The translations under genes and the position numbers were made by a program. Shown here piece after piece: positions 27,942 through 42,224 of a DNA stretch of 64,000 nucleotides. Source of the stretch: Lama guanicoe (taxonomy: Eukaryota); assembly GCA_013239625.1 (NCBI GenBank), contig MU053652.1, positions 5,199,902 through 5,263,901 on the forward strand, in the 5' to 3' direction. The stretch's first letter is position 1; every line of letters begins with the position of its first letter. The notes under the pieces were generated by a model. The model had not been told where the DNA came from and searched no databases. It was given only the letters and a program-made list of their open reading frames with translations.

Positions 27942-30183
27942 CTGGCAACAAAGCAAGGATGCAAATCACTCAGACGGACTAGGTCAGTAATGGAATCTAC
28001 CATCACCATAGGGGCAAATGGTACAGAATCTGACCCTATCTCACAGTCAAGGCACCCAGGAGGAAAGGCCAGTCTAACCAGAACACAGTGTGACAGTCAC
28101 AAGAAGGGCAGTATAGCGACTGGAACTACCCAAGCTGCCATAAACCCATGGCTGATAGGCTAGGGTCTAGGTATGCAATTTTTTGAGCCTGGACAGTACA
28201 AGTCCACATTGATAATTAGCTCTTTGGCTTATCAAGAATCTCCTGGGTGATTACTAAATGCCAGGCACTGGCATGACAAACACAGAGCAACTGGTCTCTT
28301 AAATGGGAGAGAACACACACATCTAACAAACACGTTTTTGAAAAGCATGAGTCTGCTCAATTTCCATTTGAATTATAAAAAGGTTATCAGCTACCCAAAT
28401 CCCAAGTGGAAAACCAGAACAAAACTGTCACTACAGAGCATCTAATGAGTAAGAAAAACGGACAGAAATCCAATAGAATTTCACTGATGAAAAATCACGT
28501 TGGCAGAAATTTGTTTTAGAGTACTAAGCCCAGAAGACAGTTTTCGAATCAGACTAGTGAGGGAAAGGGGACATGTACAAAGGTTTCAAGGAATTAAAAA
28601 GTGAACAACTGTCTTGAAGTATTTACAAATAAAATGGACGCAGGGGAAAGGAACTATTATTTCTGAAAACAGTATTTCAACTTTTAAAAGAAGCACTAAC
28701 ATGGGAAAAGACAAAGCAGCATGTAGCAGCTGTCAAAGACAAGAAAAATTTCAATAGAGATTTACCAACAATGCAAACAAGCCTAACACAGCATGCAGAA
28801 CAGTAGGCGAGTAATCGTATTGTCGAACTACGATCTGCATTCCTTGGTCTAGACCTGTTTTCTAATGATGAGCACTCTGAAAAATCCTTAAAATCTCCTA
28901 CAGATGTTATAAAACACGTAGATATTACTGTCACTGTATTCACTTTCTTCACAGAGGCATGAACTTGAAGAACACAGAAAGAATTATCAAGCAAAATAAT
29001 AATTTATAATAATAATAGACTCAACGGGATTTCCTGAACAACAAAAACTGAGCATCACACAATAATCAGTGGTATTTGGAACTGTGTGCTTGATAAGTGT
29101 TGTATCCTTTGAATTTAATTGTGGAACATATAGACTAAATTTATATAATGCATTGTATTTCATCAATCAGTCTACCTGAGTCAGGCGCGCCATAGCAAAC
29201 GGCCCAGATTAAAGTCTACTTTTACAAAATTTTTCAAGTACTTCTGCTACAGGTGCAAAGAATGTAAAGTACCCAAGGAAAGGAAAGAAAATTACAACCA
29301 TTCGATTCATGTTCTTGCATGCCTCAGCTACAAATGCCAAAGGCAAAAATGGGACGTTATCAAGACCATTATAACTGTACAGCTCTGGTTATAAAAACTC
29401 ACACAACAAGCTTGAGAGGGGAGCCTTGCCACCGGTGGTCGTGGCCTTCTACTTACACGTATCCTGGGAGGTGGCGGCTTGGACTACACAGGCATCATTT
29501 CTATCTACCTACTCTTGCTCCCTGCTTCCATTTTCTTCCATCTGCCTCATCAAGTGAATCAAGTCCACCTAAACCTACGAACACCTGATCTTGACACTTG
29601 AAATAGCAATATCCACTATCATTCGCCTGGAAATGAGTTATTTCTACATTCACTTTAACCATGAGGCAACTTGCCAAAAACATGACACCACCTCACAGTC
29701 GCATTAGCATTTATAATTAAAACCTACTTTTAAATAAATTAGGGCATTAGGCCTCACAAAGACATTGGATGGCCCTGTTTCGGGGACTCACAGGCTCTAT
29801 CTTTCCATCATACTCCTGGACCCAGATTGCCTAGAGGAGTAGCTGATATGCTATTTCATGAGCCCCAAGTTTATTTCATTTCAAATACCTAAAACCTGGA
29901 GTTTAAGTGAGGAGATGGGGGGAAAAAGTGAGCCAAAAATATTAAAGAAACAAATCAGGTGAAGAATAATGTCTGAGTGGAAAGTCTAGGACCTTATATA
30001 CAGCACGGAGCAGACTGGACCTGAAAACTTAGAAGTAAGCCACTGCCCTGTGGGACCCTAGCGTCTCTCGGAAGTTCTCTAAGCCTTTACACCGACATGG
30101 ATAAGTGAGAGAAGACCATCATATTTCTTCCCTGGAAGATCCCTAACAAGTTCCTTGGCTCCAAGGCTCCCCTGACACCTTAC

Positions 30184-30290
30184 CTCTCAGCCGCCCTCAG
30201 CTTTTCTGCGCCCCGCGTGTAAACGGCAATTGACCAGTCCACACAGCGGGCAAAGCCTTCCTTCAGGAGGAGCTCTGTGATGTTGCCATT
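30184..30290 (-). CDS. SND1: SND1 exon 8 (107 nt): [35 protein letters not shown](R)
   Basis: Peptide is in ORF 30180..30440(-). Acceptor gtttttcAG, donor GTaagg; phase 0/2. Confidence 0.98.
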
Positions 30291-31562
30291 CTGAAAAACA
30301 AAGCATGTGGGAAGGCAGGCATCAGTTAGATTCTGCTGCAAAAGAACCCATTTCTCTAGACTTCTGACACGATTCACAGAGCTGCAGTCCCTTTCACAGT
30401 TATTAAAAAAACAAAAACAAAACAACAAAAAAAAAAACATAAAAACCTAGAGCCATTTTCTCTCATTAAGAAACCAGCCCTAAGAAGGGAGACACTGCCT
30501 GGTGACTCCTTTCAACAGCCTTGGCTTCATATTCCTACAGCACCCAGCACAGTAACTCTCACTTAACAGGGGTAGGATAAATGTTAGTGGCATTGAATGG
30601 AATTGACATTTCAATAGCTCTTCTTGTGGGCAGAGGACGTTAATCTTCAGTAGAGATTATACCTTATTATTTCCTTCCCTGAGATCAGCACTTACTCCCC
30701 TTTTCATACAGGGAAAGCTGAAGAACAGGCTGAGTAAGGGAATAATAACTTAAGCTACATTTCACCCAGTGAATTACAGTTCACACTCTCCTGTGCCATA
30801 CAGCCATCTGGCAGGGCATGGGCAGACAGCAAGCACTCCAGAAGAAACAGACAAGACCTTGGCCCATTCCAAACCAAGTCTCCCAGCCTTCCCAACTGCC
30901 ACCACGGCAGAATTCTCTGTATTGGATACAGGTTATAGTAATGAAAATTCCCTTAAACTTGCGTGTTAAAAAACAAGGTCATTTCCTGTCCGAGAATAAC
31001 CCACCTGCCAAAGTATCCAACAGGGTAAAACCCCTAAATAGGAACTACAAGAACTAAAAGAATCTAATTTCTACTCAAAAGCAGAGTCAGGCTGTAACCG
31101 GACAAGGCCTGGAATACACAAAGTTTTTCCACAGAACGGTTTCCTGATCATAGTTCTAATATTCCAAGTAGCTAACTTACTTCTAGTCCTACATCTAAAC
31201 CTCAACAATCCTCTACAAGTTTCGGTGCCTCTTCTAACTGATGTAGCAACTTCCCATCTTTCTCATTGGCTTTAGGACCAACACTTGGGAAAATAAGTGA
31301 TAGACCCCTTCTTCCCCATATAAATCCAGTAACAATGGAGGCTAATTTTCTAAAAGTCCAAAGTTGCAGATTTGTCCAATGCTATCGGGTAACTGCTAAC
31401 TCCCCTTAGAAAAAGGCCTCAAAAAATCAGCGGATGATAATCCTGCCAAGACATTTCAATGGCTCATAAATCCAGAGAGGAAGCAGAGAAGCACACTACA
31501 GCTCCTCAAACCCCATCTGGACCCCTCACCCCACGCAGCCCAGTCTGCACAGGCATACTCAC

Positions 31563-31721
31563 TGGATGAAGGATGGTGCCCAGAATGTTCTGGTTGTGGC
31601 AGCTCTCCAGAATGATCTGGACATCCCTCTGAAGCAGTCGAGACTCGGTGAAAAATTTGGCTTCTGCAGCAAAAGGCTCCGGTGTCTCACTGCCATCTGC
31701 TTCCCGTCGAAAAGTTGGGCA
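31563..31721 (-). CDS. SND1: SND1 exon 7 (159 nt): [53 protein letters not shown]
   Basis: Manual translation. Acceptor ctgctttAG, donor GTgagt; phase 0/0. Confidence 0.97.
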
Positions 31722-32334
31722 CTAAAGCAGAAGTAAGGTGGGCGGGAAATGCCACTTAAATGTGAGTGCGAGGCCCTCTCGGGCCACAGGGAACGGCCCA
31801 GGAAGCACAAACCCCACAGAGCTAAGCTTGGAAAGGTCTCAAATCAGGTCTGCCCACCCTTTTGAAAACACACTGGAAAAAACATGCTCAAAAGTGACTG
31901 GAAATACCATCATCTTAGACTTCTCGGGAAAGCAAATAAAACTCACGTTACTGTGGGGGAAAGAATCTTCATTGCACTTGAAAATGACCCCTTGCCAAGA
32001 AGAGATTTCCAGTGCCTAGCTTTAAATCCTTAATATTTCCTTAATCAAAATGGATCCTTTATATTAAGACAAGCCACACTCAGCAAACCTCAGAGCTCCA
32101 CAATCTCTCAGCACAGCCCACTCCAAACAGACCCTGAGTACTTAAAATTTTAAAAAGTCTTATTTGATCTAATTAGAACTGTCCCCCCGCAAAGTTTAAA
32201 GTACTCCAGTCAATGTTAATGACCCACCCTCGGAAGAAACAGTAGCTCTGAAGTCCCCAAGCAGAAGAGTCCACCGATCCCTGAACACCTCCCCCAACCC
32301 TACGACCACCCTGTGGCCCAGAGTATGATCTGAC

Positions 32335-32426
32335 CTTGATCCCTGACAGCATGACCGTGACCAGGTAGTAATCTGGGAGGAGCAGGGCCCTGACCACACT
32401 GCCGTCCCGCACATGCTCGATGATGG
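32335..32426 (-). CDS. SND1: SND1 exon 6 (92 nt): (A)[30 protein letters not shown], start of SN2
   Basis: Peptide is in ORF 32173..32532(-). Acceptor tcacgcAG, donor GTcaga; phase 1/0. Confidence 0.97.
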
Positions 32427-33121
32427 CTGCGTGACAGAACAGACAGCTTGAGTCATTAGCAGAAGTCGTGCTGAGGATAAGCAGTGCCCCCATCAAACTG
32501 CACTGGACACAGTTCCCTCCCCAACGCCCCAAGAAAGTCTCCCTCTGAGAAGTGATGGAGCACTGGCAGACCCTGAGTGTTCATACAACAGGCTCTTGTA
32601 CAAGCTCTTCCCTGGGGGGTTTGGTTCAAACCAACTTCCATGTCTTTTGAACCTCCTGAGACCCCATAGCTCATCCCTAAGCTTTGTTATCTGTCAGCCA
32701 GGGTTGCTTACCTGTGTCCTGGGTGTCCAGCAAAAAAACAGTAACAATTCAAGATTGGAAGTAATTGCATTATTTACTGCGTCTGTAGTTAAGAAGGTCT
32801 CAAAGTAGGGCCAAGAACTATGCAGTGTGTGTGTGTAAATATACACAGAATACACATTTCTACCTCAAAGTTTTGGGGATGGTATTTAGGTGGAGAAGAC
32901 TATGTGCAGTTTACTATCCTGCATCAGCGAAGGACTGACTTCTGCAAAATACATGTGATGTGAGCTATGTGACCCGGATTCAAGTTCCCTTCTAAAACAC
33001 CAGTGTTCTACCTTAACAATTTGCCTTGGATACTAAAGTCAAATAGGTTTTTATATAAACTTCAAGAACAAATAGAAAGAAATCACCCTGAGTCATATCT
33101 GTCTTCTCCCGACAGCCTCAC

Positions 33122-33282
33122 CGTTAACAGGCTTCTGATGGTGTGAGTCCACGAAGTGCCGAGGGTTCTCAATGGTATACTTGAGGTCCCGGATAGTATG
33201 TGAACCGTTCCCCTCACTCCACATCCCTTTCTTAGCCGCCTTCGCTTGTTCCTCACATTCCGAAAGCCGGTTCTGCTCAGGA
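33122..33282 (-). CDS. SND1: SND1 exon 5 (161 nt): [53 protein letters not shown]
   Basis: Peptide is in ORF 33093..33371(-). Acceptor cgtcccAG, donor GTgagg; phase 2/1. Confidence 0.98.
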
Positions 33283-33518
33283 CTGGGACGTGAAAAATAG
33301 TGGATGCGTGTGGTTAGTGAGTTCACAACAGAAATATCAGGCTCATGTCTGATTCTGGGTTTCTTCAGCATCTTCTCCTCTTGAAAAGATCAAAGCATCT
33401 GTTTCAGATCTACGGCTTCAGACCCAGGCCTATAACCAGAAACCCAGCACACGTGCAAGTTCTGGATTCCAGACTTATTCTCTCAAACAAATGATTCAAT
33501 CATAAGAGCGTTTAATGA

Positions 33519-33631
33519 CTTATAATGGCCTAAAATGAACAAGAATATGAAAAGGAATATACATAAATGAAGCACTAGGTTTACACCAGAAATGAACACA
33601 ATACTGTAAACTGACTATACTTCCTTTAAAA
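33519..33631 (+). mobile_element. 5'-truncated lineage L1 3' end with target-site duplication
   Basis: Ends acaccagaaatgaacacaatactgtaaactgactatacttc plus A-tail. Flanked by a 15-bp TSD with one mismatch: aagagcgtttaatga (33504-33518) and aagaacgtttaatga (33632-33646). Confidence 0.8.
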
Positions 33632-35716
33632 AAGAACGTTTAATGAGAATATCTGAAGACTACACATCCCAGTACTGCCACCATCAGTGATCACAAGATA
33701 AACAAGTGGCTCAGAAGGGAGCCGCTCCAGGGGGCAGAGCTTCATTTAACCACCCCAGATTCAGGAACTGGAATCCAGGCAGAGCTCAGCAGGCACAGTG
33801 CAGGGCAAGTGACCAAGAACCACCCTTATTCCCAGTTGCTTGCAGAACACGGCTGGGGAAAGCAGGACAAATACCATTATTATGGAAAATGTCACCCCAA
33901 AACTTACACATTCAACAAGGCCAGCTAAGCAAAAGCAGTTTGAAAACAGAAGACGACTCCTTCAATCATGCAGGAAACCAAACTACATATAAGAGCAGCC
34001 ACAAAGTCAGTAGACGGGCCAAACAACAAAAAACCAAAACCAACCAAACCCAGAAACGGCTCTGCTCTTCTCTCTCACAGACAGATCTGAGCTGAACACA
34101 CTGGAAAGCCTTTCCACGATGTCAATACCTGATTCTATCAATGGCCATCTGTATAAACTGAGCCTCCCACCTTGATCAGTAGGGATTTGGAGCAGGGATC
34201 CCTGTGACCTACAATTTCTCAAACCAAGAAGTCTTCAGTACTGCTCTTTCCCTCCTCTTCCCCACAAAAAAAGACAATTATCATCTTCAGGGATCTAAAA
34301 CTGCTGCCAGAATTCAAGGGGGGGTGGAAATGTAGTCTGAGATAAAAACAACACATAGAAACTGGGAAAGAAGCTTTAAGTCAAAACAACTTTGGAGAAA
34401 AAAGGATTGGGACTACAGGAAGGACTTCTTTGTTGAGATGGTACAATGCCACTATGGGCTTTTTGTAAATTCTTCACCCTGATTGCAAACTGGATTCCAA
34501 AACACACTGCAATGGTCATCATGCCAGCAATTGTCCTTGAGAAACAACTTTGGCATGCTTCCCAAAACAGCACCTAAAACGTCAGAATTCAATAAATTCC
34601 CATATGCTCACATCCCAACTACAGGCTCTAGCAAATGACTCTTTGGAGTTAGAAACGACCTAAGAAGTATATGGTGAATGACTGGACCACAGTCTTGAGG
34701 GCAGAAAGAATGTAAACTGTACCTTTTGGCTTTGCTCATCCCCATCATTGATACAGTTAATGCAAATAGTTATCTAAAGTTTTTTCTAGAGCTACACCAG
34801 TCATAACAACAAGGACTTAATGATTTAAACAGCATCTTTAGCCTCCAAATTACTGATGGAACATATCACTTTTCAGAGACTGAAGTGTTGGTTAAAGCCA
34901 GCTGCAAACCATCCTACTGAGACGCCAACATTGGTGAACTTCAACATGATACAAGCGCTACAAACCTCACATACCTGACACTCATTTCTAACAAATTCGC
35001 ACTGCCATTAACAACAAATACATTCTCCCTACTACTTAAGTATCTACAGATCCACAAACCAAAACAGACCTAAAAGGCTTTGGAGAGATATAAAACTTCC
35101 CTGACCTTCAAACAGAACCACTGGGCTCTTGTCAGTTTTCTGAGATTCTAAGCAACAGATTTTGCTTTGAATTTTATTTATTCACTCTGCTTTATTTTCC
35201 AGGGCACTTATTCCTTGCACCTGGTATAATATTGTACATCTGTCTATTAATTGGTTTGCCGTCTGGCTTCCTGTTAAATCGTTAGCAGAAGCTGAGTCTC
35301 TCTGTTCACTGCCACATTCACACTGCCTAGAACACAGCCTGGCCTATAGTAAATGCTCAATAAATGTTTGGGAACGGCCTGATAAATACTCTGGAACTAA
35401 GCAGTGTAAGACATAAGCCTAACAACTCTTATGAAGAATAGCACTGCCTCGTCTCCAAGCCTGTTTTTAGAAGAGTTATGCACATCAAATGCCATTCGTG
35501 AATGCTGAGCAAACTCTTCATGCAGAATACACACCTGGGTAGAAATGTCCTAGAAGCCACGAGAATACCAGACATTACCCTTTCCACATCAAGGAGCAGG
35601 AATAAAAATGCCGCAAAGCCAACGTAGAGCTGACTCCCCAAACTCCCTAGAGTGATCCCTGCTCTCGCCGTGGAGTGGGAGGAAGTCAGAGGGTCAGAAG
35701 AGTAACGAAGACTTAC

Positions 35717-35795
35717 TTGTTAACTCTCATGCCTTCTCTCCGGGTGGCCAAGCCCTCTGCAACCAGAGATTCTGCGATGTTTTCCCCATTGGTAT
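35717..35795 (-). CDS. SND1: SND1 exon 4 (79 nt): (D)[25 protein letters not shown](N)
   Basis: Manual translation. Pyrimidine-rich acceptor ttttttcctcttcAG, donor GTaagt; phase 1/2 fits both neighbouring exons. Confidence 0.96.
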
Positions 35796-36109
35796 CTGAA
35801 GAGGAAAAAAAGGGAATTAAACACAAGATTCAAATCTATCTCCGACAGCAACAAGTCTCTAACGGTACCACTTTCGCCGTTAGCTCTTCAAGGAATGATG
35901 TTGCCAGAGAAGTAGACAAGACAGCAATGCAGGGTCGGGTTTTTCAGAAAAACTCTCTTCTTCCCCAAAATACCTAGTCTCCAGAACCCAGAGGTCTATA
36001 AATCTTCTTCTCTAGACTCCGTTTCTGATTTTCCAGTGTATCTCCCAAGCCAAAGGCAATCTCAGGAACTCCAGGAAACAGGAAAGCAAGACACACGCAG
36101 CAGAAATAA

Positions 36110-36275
36110 CACTGACCTAGGATAAGAGGCTTGGCCCCGAAAACAAATTCTGCCACTTAATAGCCCTCTCAGCATCTTAATACCCATACTTACCTATAAA
36201 GTGGGAAGAGTACCTGCCCAGATGGGTTCTGGTGAGAATTAATTATGTTTAAATCACCAAGCACACAGCAGGAAT
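36110..36275 (+). mobile_element. MIR fragment
   Basis: tctgccacttaatagc...tacctataaagtggga...gtacctgccc...ggtgagaattaa. Similar MIR cores occur near 3570-3680, 38700-38850, 43620-43740, 51680-51810, 52600-52800 and 62050-62200. Confidence 0.55.
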
Positions 36276-39200
36276 TAAAACAACAAAATCAAAAGTTAGC
36301 CCCCACACCTTGTACGATCAGATAGACAGGTTCACTTAGGATTGTCTATTACATTTTACAGGAGAAAGTCCAGCTCCTCTCGGGATGTCCTATTCTCTGC
36401 TCCAAGAGGACACCCAGACAAGCTACATCATTTGACAAAGACTGTCTTCTGTTCTCAGAGATACAGGGGTCAGCATCTAGATTTCTAATCTCACACAGCC
36501 TTCAGAGCAGGCAAGAAAAATGAAGTTAAACATAAAACACAACCTGATTAGGTTCCACCTGGGCACTTGAAACATTAATTGCATTTCCATGCTATTGAAA
36601 AAGCTTTCAGGCTCTGTGTATTCTCTTAAATCTCCACTTGTCAGCCAAAACGATCAAAGACGACATCTATGAGGGAATCACCACATAAAAATCTTCTAAT
36701 ATAGCAGAGGAGCAGCTCCTAGACAAATCGAAACACAGCGGTCCGGCTGACAGGTAATGTCAGCACACTATAAAATTCTCTAAGATTTATATTCGGCACA
36801 CCACACGTTGACTTCTGCAAGCAACCACAAGCATACACACTACCCCCAAACCCGACCTAAATGCCTTGCCATTAGCACTGTCAAAATTTCTACAGGGGCA
36901 AATCGTAAGCCTCTTTCCCTACTACCAAAAAAAAAAAAAGTTGAGATGAATGCTGTTGATACAAAGAACATTCAGGTTCTAAAGCTGAGCGTGGATCACA
37001 AGAATCTTCCCACCGAGGTTACTGCTGAGGCCAGACACAGACACACACAGCTATCTGACATCAGTAAATATTATATTGGTTCTTTCAAAGCAACAGGAAT
37101 CCCACAGAGTGGAAAGTCAGAAGGAAGGATTCCACAATTATGGGGAAAGTTGAGCAACAGAAAGCCAAGAGGTCAAGGGGTAGAAAGAATGAAGCTCAAA
37201 TACAAACAAGGTGAGTGGCCAGAAAACCAGCCCGTCAACAGCAACATAATAGCTCAGACAGTCCCGGGCACAGAGCACTGTGAAATGGCTGTTGGCTGGC
37301 CCATTTCTAAATGAGTTCTGATTGCTCCTTCAGAAGGGAGAAGAATACATTTCCCTGGGCCAAACTCCCAAAGGCGGCAACAAAATTTAATGGACAGAAT
37401 ACTGAAAACAGGGAATTTGTAGGGCAAAGACCTGATTCTTGCTTATTACCAATCAAGGTATGAATCTGATCAAGTCACAATTGGGGATGGTACTCAGAAC
37501 AGGTGGGTGACTATATCTTCTCCAAAAGTCAAGGGCTAATCAATCATCTCTTTTTTGAAATAAGTTCTAAGTTAACCACAAATTTTCAAATTCTACCCAT
37601 TCTCCTCCATCATAAAGTAGCCACAAAACAGGATAAATATATGAATATTAATTAGCTAAGGCACTGTTTCCTTTCACCTACAATTGGCATTGAGATGGTT
37701 AAAATATCTGAATGAAAATATTAAACTTAAAAGCCGCTTAAGCCTTTAAAACTGAAAGATTTAGATGACTTCAATCATTCTCTCAGTAAATATTTATTTA
37801 TTGCTCACCTCCAATGTGCCAAGTTTTATTAAAAACACTTGCACATTAACGTGCTAAATTACATCCACTCTATAATTTGGGTCACTTTAAAAAACAAGCT
37901 TTCTAAAAAACAACTTTAAATTTTAAATGTCAGCTTCTGTTAACACAGATAATTTAACCACTTTATAGTTGGAGACAAAGGTTATTTAAAAGAACACTTA
38001 GAGGTGGTCTCTATATAGAGTATCTGTGCCCAAGAAATGTTCTGTAGTCCCGTTAGGTCTCATCAGGTAACAGAAGACTAACCAGCTGTTAGAGAACTGG
38101 ATTATTTGGGGTAATGAAATCCTTGAACAGTTGCATTTTGAAGGCAGTACACTTGTATTTGCCTTACAGTCTTTCTAACCAGTAGCCATCCAACAATAAT
38201 GCTTAAGTGTTTTATTACCTGCTATATTAATTATAGGTAAAAGGCAAATTTGTTTATTTCTCTTTTTGAAAAGATTCCATATATTTCCATCATTTCTCAG
38301 ATGCAGACAGCCATTTGTTTGGGAGGCTAACAAGGGTGTTTCTCTACTAGGTAAACTGAACAAGGAGGCTCCAAGGTCATTCACAACTCACTTGTCTAAG
38401 ACCTCTACAATTAAAATCAGAATTTTAGGGGATGTTGTTAGCCTTGCCATATGCCCTGCTTGCTTACTTCCAGCTTATCGGCCACCCAAGGCAAACAGCT
38501 TACATAAAGCAGCTCAGTTGGAAGGTTATTTTATCAAAGAATCACAGGAAACTTTAAAAATTCTCCCTCCACCTAATCCAAAAAAGACCAGAACACCTAA
38601 CAGGCCATGAGTCAACTGGCCCAGCTACACAACAGGCATATATGTGCACAGACACATATCTGAGTGCATATTCTGTGCTGGAGAGAGATGCTTCACACGT
38701 ACTATCTCTTTAAACTCTCTAAAACCTGCAAATGAAACTATGGCTTAGAAAGGTTAAGTTAAGGGTTAAGCAAGAGCACATGGTAGGAGAGCCAGGAACC
38801 ATGTCATCCACATCACTCCAGAGCCTGTGTTCTTTCCATTCCATTACAAATCACGTGGCTTGCAAAAAAACACAAGCTCTGCACAAATTTTCCTTTCCTA
38901 AAGAGAGTCCTCAAGAGGAGAAGAAAAGCCACGAGATAGATAAAGAAAATAGAAGTTGCAATAGGAAATCTATAGGAATTCAATTAGCACTCTGACCTAG
39001 AAGTACAGAGCCAATGAGTTTCACAGGCTGACGGCCTAAATACAGGGAAGGATAACACTGTGCCAGACACACACACCTAAACCAAGCCAGGAAAGCAGGA
39101 GCAGGACTAAACAAGAAGCAGGAGGACCAGGGCTGTTCCTCTGCACCTCTGTGTCACCTGCATGACCCTGCGCACTTACGATGACACTTACAGCCAACTG

Positions 39201-39317
39201 TCCCAGAGCGACCCCCTCCAGAACGCAGGTGAACCCGGCCTTCAACCAGATGAAACCCAATCTTCGGAGGAACTTCTGACTTGGAGAGAAACAAGTCCTT
39301 TCCTCCTTGATACTCAC

Positions 39318-39438
39318 CTTTTCCAAGGTAGATCATGCCATACTCTCGCCCCTGGGGAGTCTTGTTTTCTATCGTGAAACAGACTTCCTTCCCAATCAGC
39401 TTCTTCCGAAGGAACTCTCGAGCAGGAAATGCCCAGGG
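39318..39438 (-). CDS. SND1: SND1 exon 3 (121 nt): [40 protein letters not shown]
   Basis: Peptide is visible in ORF 39154..39498(-). Acceptor tctttcAG, donor GTgagt; phase 0/1. Confidence 0.98.
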
Positions 39439-42224
39439 CTGAAAGACAGAACAAACGTGCTCAGGAAGTAGGCAGTTCTCGTGCGACCCAATCAACATTC
39501 GAGCAACTTCATTCCTTCAACAGCCTGGCCCAGCACTAGGCCCTGAGAATATAAAAACGAGATGCACAGAACACAGATCATACGCTTAGGGGGCTCCTAA
39601 AAAAGGAAGGTCTAATAGTTGGTTTCACTAGCACCAGCCCTAAAAACAGGCACCTTGGTTTCCCAGACATCAGCATGAGTACTTTTCCCCCCATGGCTGT
39701 CTATTCAGAGCTATCGCTTACTTCTTACTTAGTAAGCGGCCCTGGTAAGGGATCAGCCTGACAATGGTGGCTCTTTCCTCTCACCCATTAAAGACCCTGA
39801 CACAAGGAGTGAGCCATATGTCCACAGTGGGTACAAATAGAGTCTCCACATGAACTCAAGATATTGTGCAAAGGGACGGTTCTGCCCCACCACTTCCAGG
39901 ATGGTACAAAGGCAGATATCTCCTCCGAAGCAGCCCTGTCACAGTCAGTAGTCACTAGCGCCTGAATTTACAGTCTGGACCTAGCTCGGTACCCCCAGAT
40001 TCCCTCAGAACAGAAATGAGGAAGGAGAGGGTAAAAGAGTTCAGGAGTATATGATCTGCAGAAGCTGGTGTACTGGAAAAAAATGCAGTGTATCAAAAGA
40101 GTAGCGTGGTATATGATACACATACACATTGTCTCTTATCTCTTGGTGCCACAGAACTCTGGCTATACGTAGTAAAGGCAAAACGGTACATCAGTGATCT
40201 GAAAAGGAAGCTTCCGCTAACCTTTTCAGTCCATGAAGATTATTCCGTGGGGTTAGCCAGGAACCTTTTCTAGAAGAAAAACATCCACATGACTTCCCAG
40301 AAACCAGAGGCCAATTTAAAGGTGGCAGTCCACCAACCCGCCGGGCTGGTAATTACAAAACCAGTACGCTCAGACATCAACTGTGGACAGTTCTAGGAAG
40401 AACTAATCCGAAGTAAGTGCTCTTAAAAACACAAAAACTAGCTTATACTCACTCATCTAATGAGCTCTCCTCAAAGTGCCAACAAGCAAAAGAGCCAATC
40501 ACTCAATGGCAATACAGAGCTCACCATACTTCTCTCCCACTTCCACCCCTTGCCCACTCCATAATAATGAAAACAGATACCCCTGACCAAAAAGGTCTGA
40601 TTGGTAATGAGCCCAGCTATCAACCACATCACAGAAACAGTACTAAACCAATTAACACAGCCTCACACATTTTTATTACCTTAATGATCCACTCCCTCTA
40701 CAAACATCCTCAGCTACAGATCTCATGTTCAGGCTTCAGTTTTGAGTACTACCTTAATAACTAAAATTCAGTAATACACTGCTTTCTTAAATGAAAACCT
40801 CTAACAAAACAAAGTATCCCTAAAGGAAGCCAAAACTTTGGTAAAAATTCATTTATCAAGGGTCAGTTCACAAGGCAATAGCCAACCCCTGTGGGGAAAC
40901 CTCCAATTTCTACCAACTAGGCAGAATTACTAAAAGCTTTTAAGGCTTGCTGAAGGAGCACCTTTCTCTGAGGACTACATGTTTTACAGCTGGTCAGTTG
41001 CTGGGCAGTAAGAGAACACCACACCGGAGGTCCTGAAAAGGACATAAACCTTATCCTGTAAGAAAAATAACCTAGTTTAATATTCTTTTCTTGAACCAGC
41101 TTCCTCAAGTTGTGTTCCATCCGAGGTTGGGCAAATTCAACAACTGGACAAGATATTAGGTACAAAGAGAGGAAACTGGGAGACTCAGGAAAGCAGCTGA
41201 TGACGTCACTCCCCACAAGGGCAACCGAGCACTCCATCCCGGAGAAAACCCTTGTGCAAGTGTCCACACACAGGACAGCCAGCAGAAGGCTACCCAATGG
41301 AGAGGGCTGGCCCGGCAGAGCCTTTCAGAACAACTCTGAGTCAAGTACAGGGAAATTTGCTCACAGCAGTCATCAAATAAGGCCAACAATAGTGAGAATT
41401 ACGGGGGTCTATTCAAATGATGTTCCAGAGCTCCACCAAGAGCTATCAAGTAGCTGAGACTCAAAATCACCTCTTCCCTTTCAAATGCCTAATGCCAGGC
41501 AATCTAACAGCTTGCTCTCCACTCCCAGACCCATGCAAGGTTCTCAAGTCTACTGCAATGAATGGAATTTTAATTCCAATCTTTCCTTTGTACCAGGTAG
41601 ACTTCTAAACTGCTGAAACAAGATTATGTCCCACAACAATGTAGAAATCTTAAAGCTAGCTACTTCTGTATGTGGCCTAATAGTCAATCACCCCACTGTA
41701 CTATCTGTACATGTAATTAATTTGCCCCAACCACCCCATCACCCCAATTCTCAAAAGCTCCACTGTGAGACAGCTGTGACATTCATTTCTGTATTTCACA
41801 TGAAACCAACATACAGCCTCACACATAACAAGAGCTCAATAAATCTGTGGGAAATAAATATATAATTTGCACAGTGCCCATCAATGCAGTAGCTAGGCAG
41901 CCTAGAGTAGCTAGGCAACGCTGGGGATTAGCCTGGAACAGGGCAGTGACAGCTGGGGACATACAGCAGAACTGCTTTTATTGCCATAGGACTTAGGAGA
42001 GAGCTGAGTTTCTTTGAAAGCAGATATGAGAGAAGGCAGCAAATAATCAAGTATATACTATTTGGGACAGTGATGCAAAAGGAGACAAATGAGCATTAAT
42101 GTCCTCGACCATTTGAATGTGAAAAAACTAGACACGCTCCAAAACAGTGGAAAGCCAGAGGGAAAGCAAGTGCTACCTTCCACAATCCACTGAACTCCAA
42201 AAGGAGATGCTCAAGGTTCTTTCC

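Noticed and set aside
28864..28881. C box (atgatga) and D box (ctga) suggesting a C/D snoRNA
   Set aside because: The boxes are only a few nt apart, lie antisense to the host gene and have no terminal stem.
36808..37314. 168-aa plus-strand ORF
   Set aside because: It has a non-ATG start, includes a poly-A-derived lysine run and shows no recognisable domain. Consistent with a chance intronic ORF.
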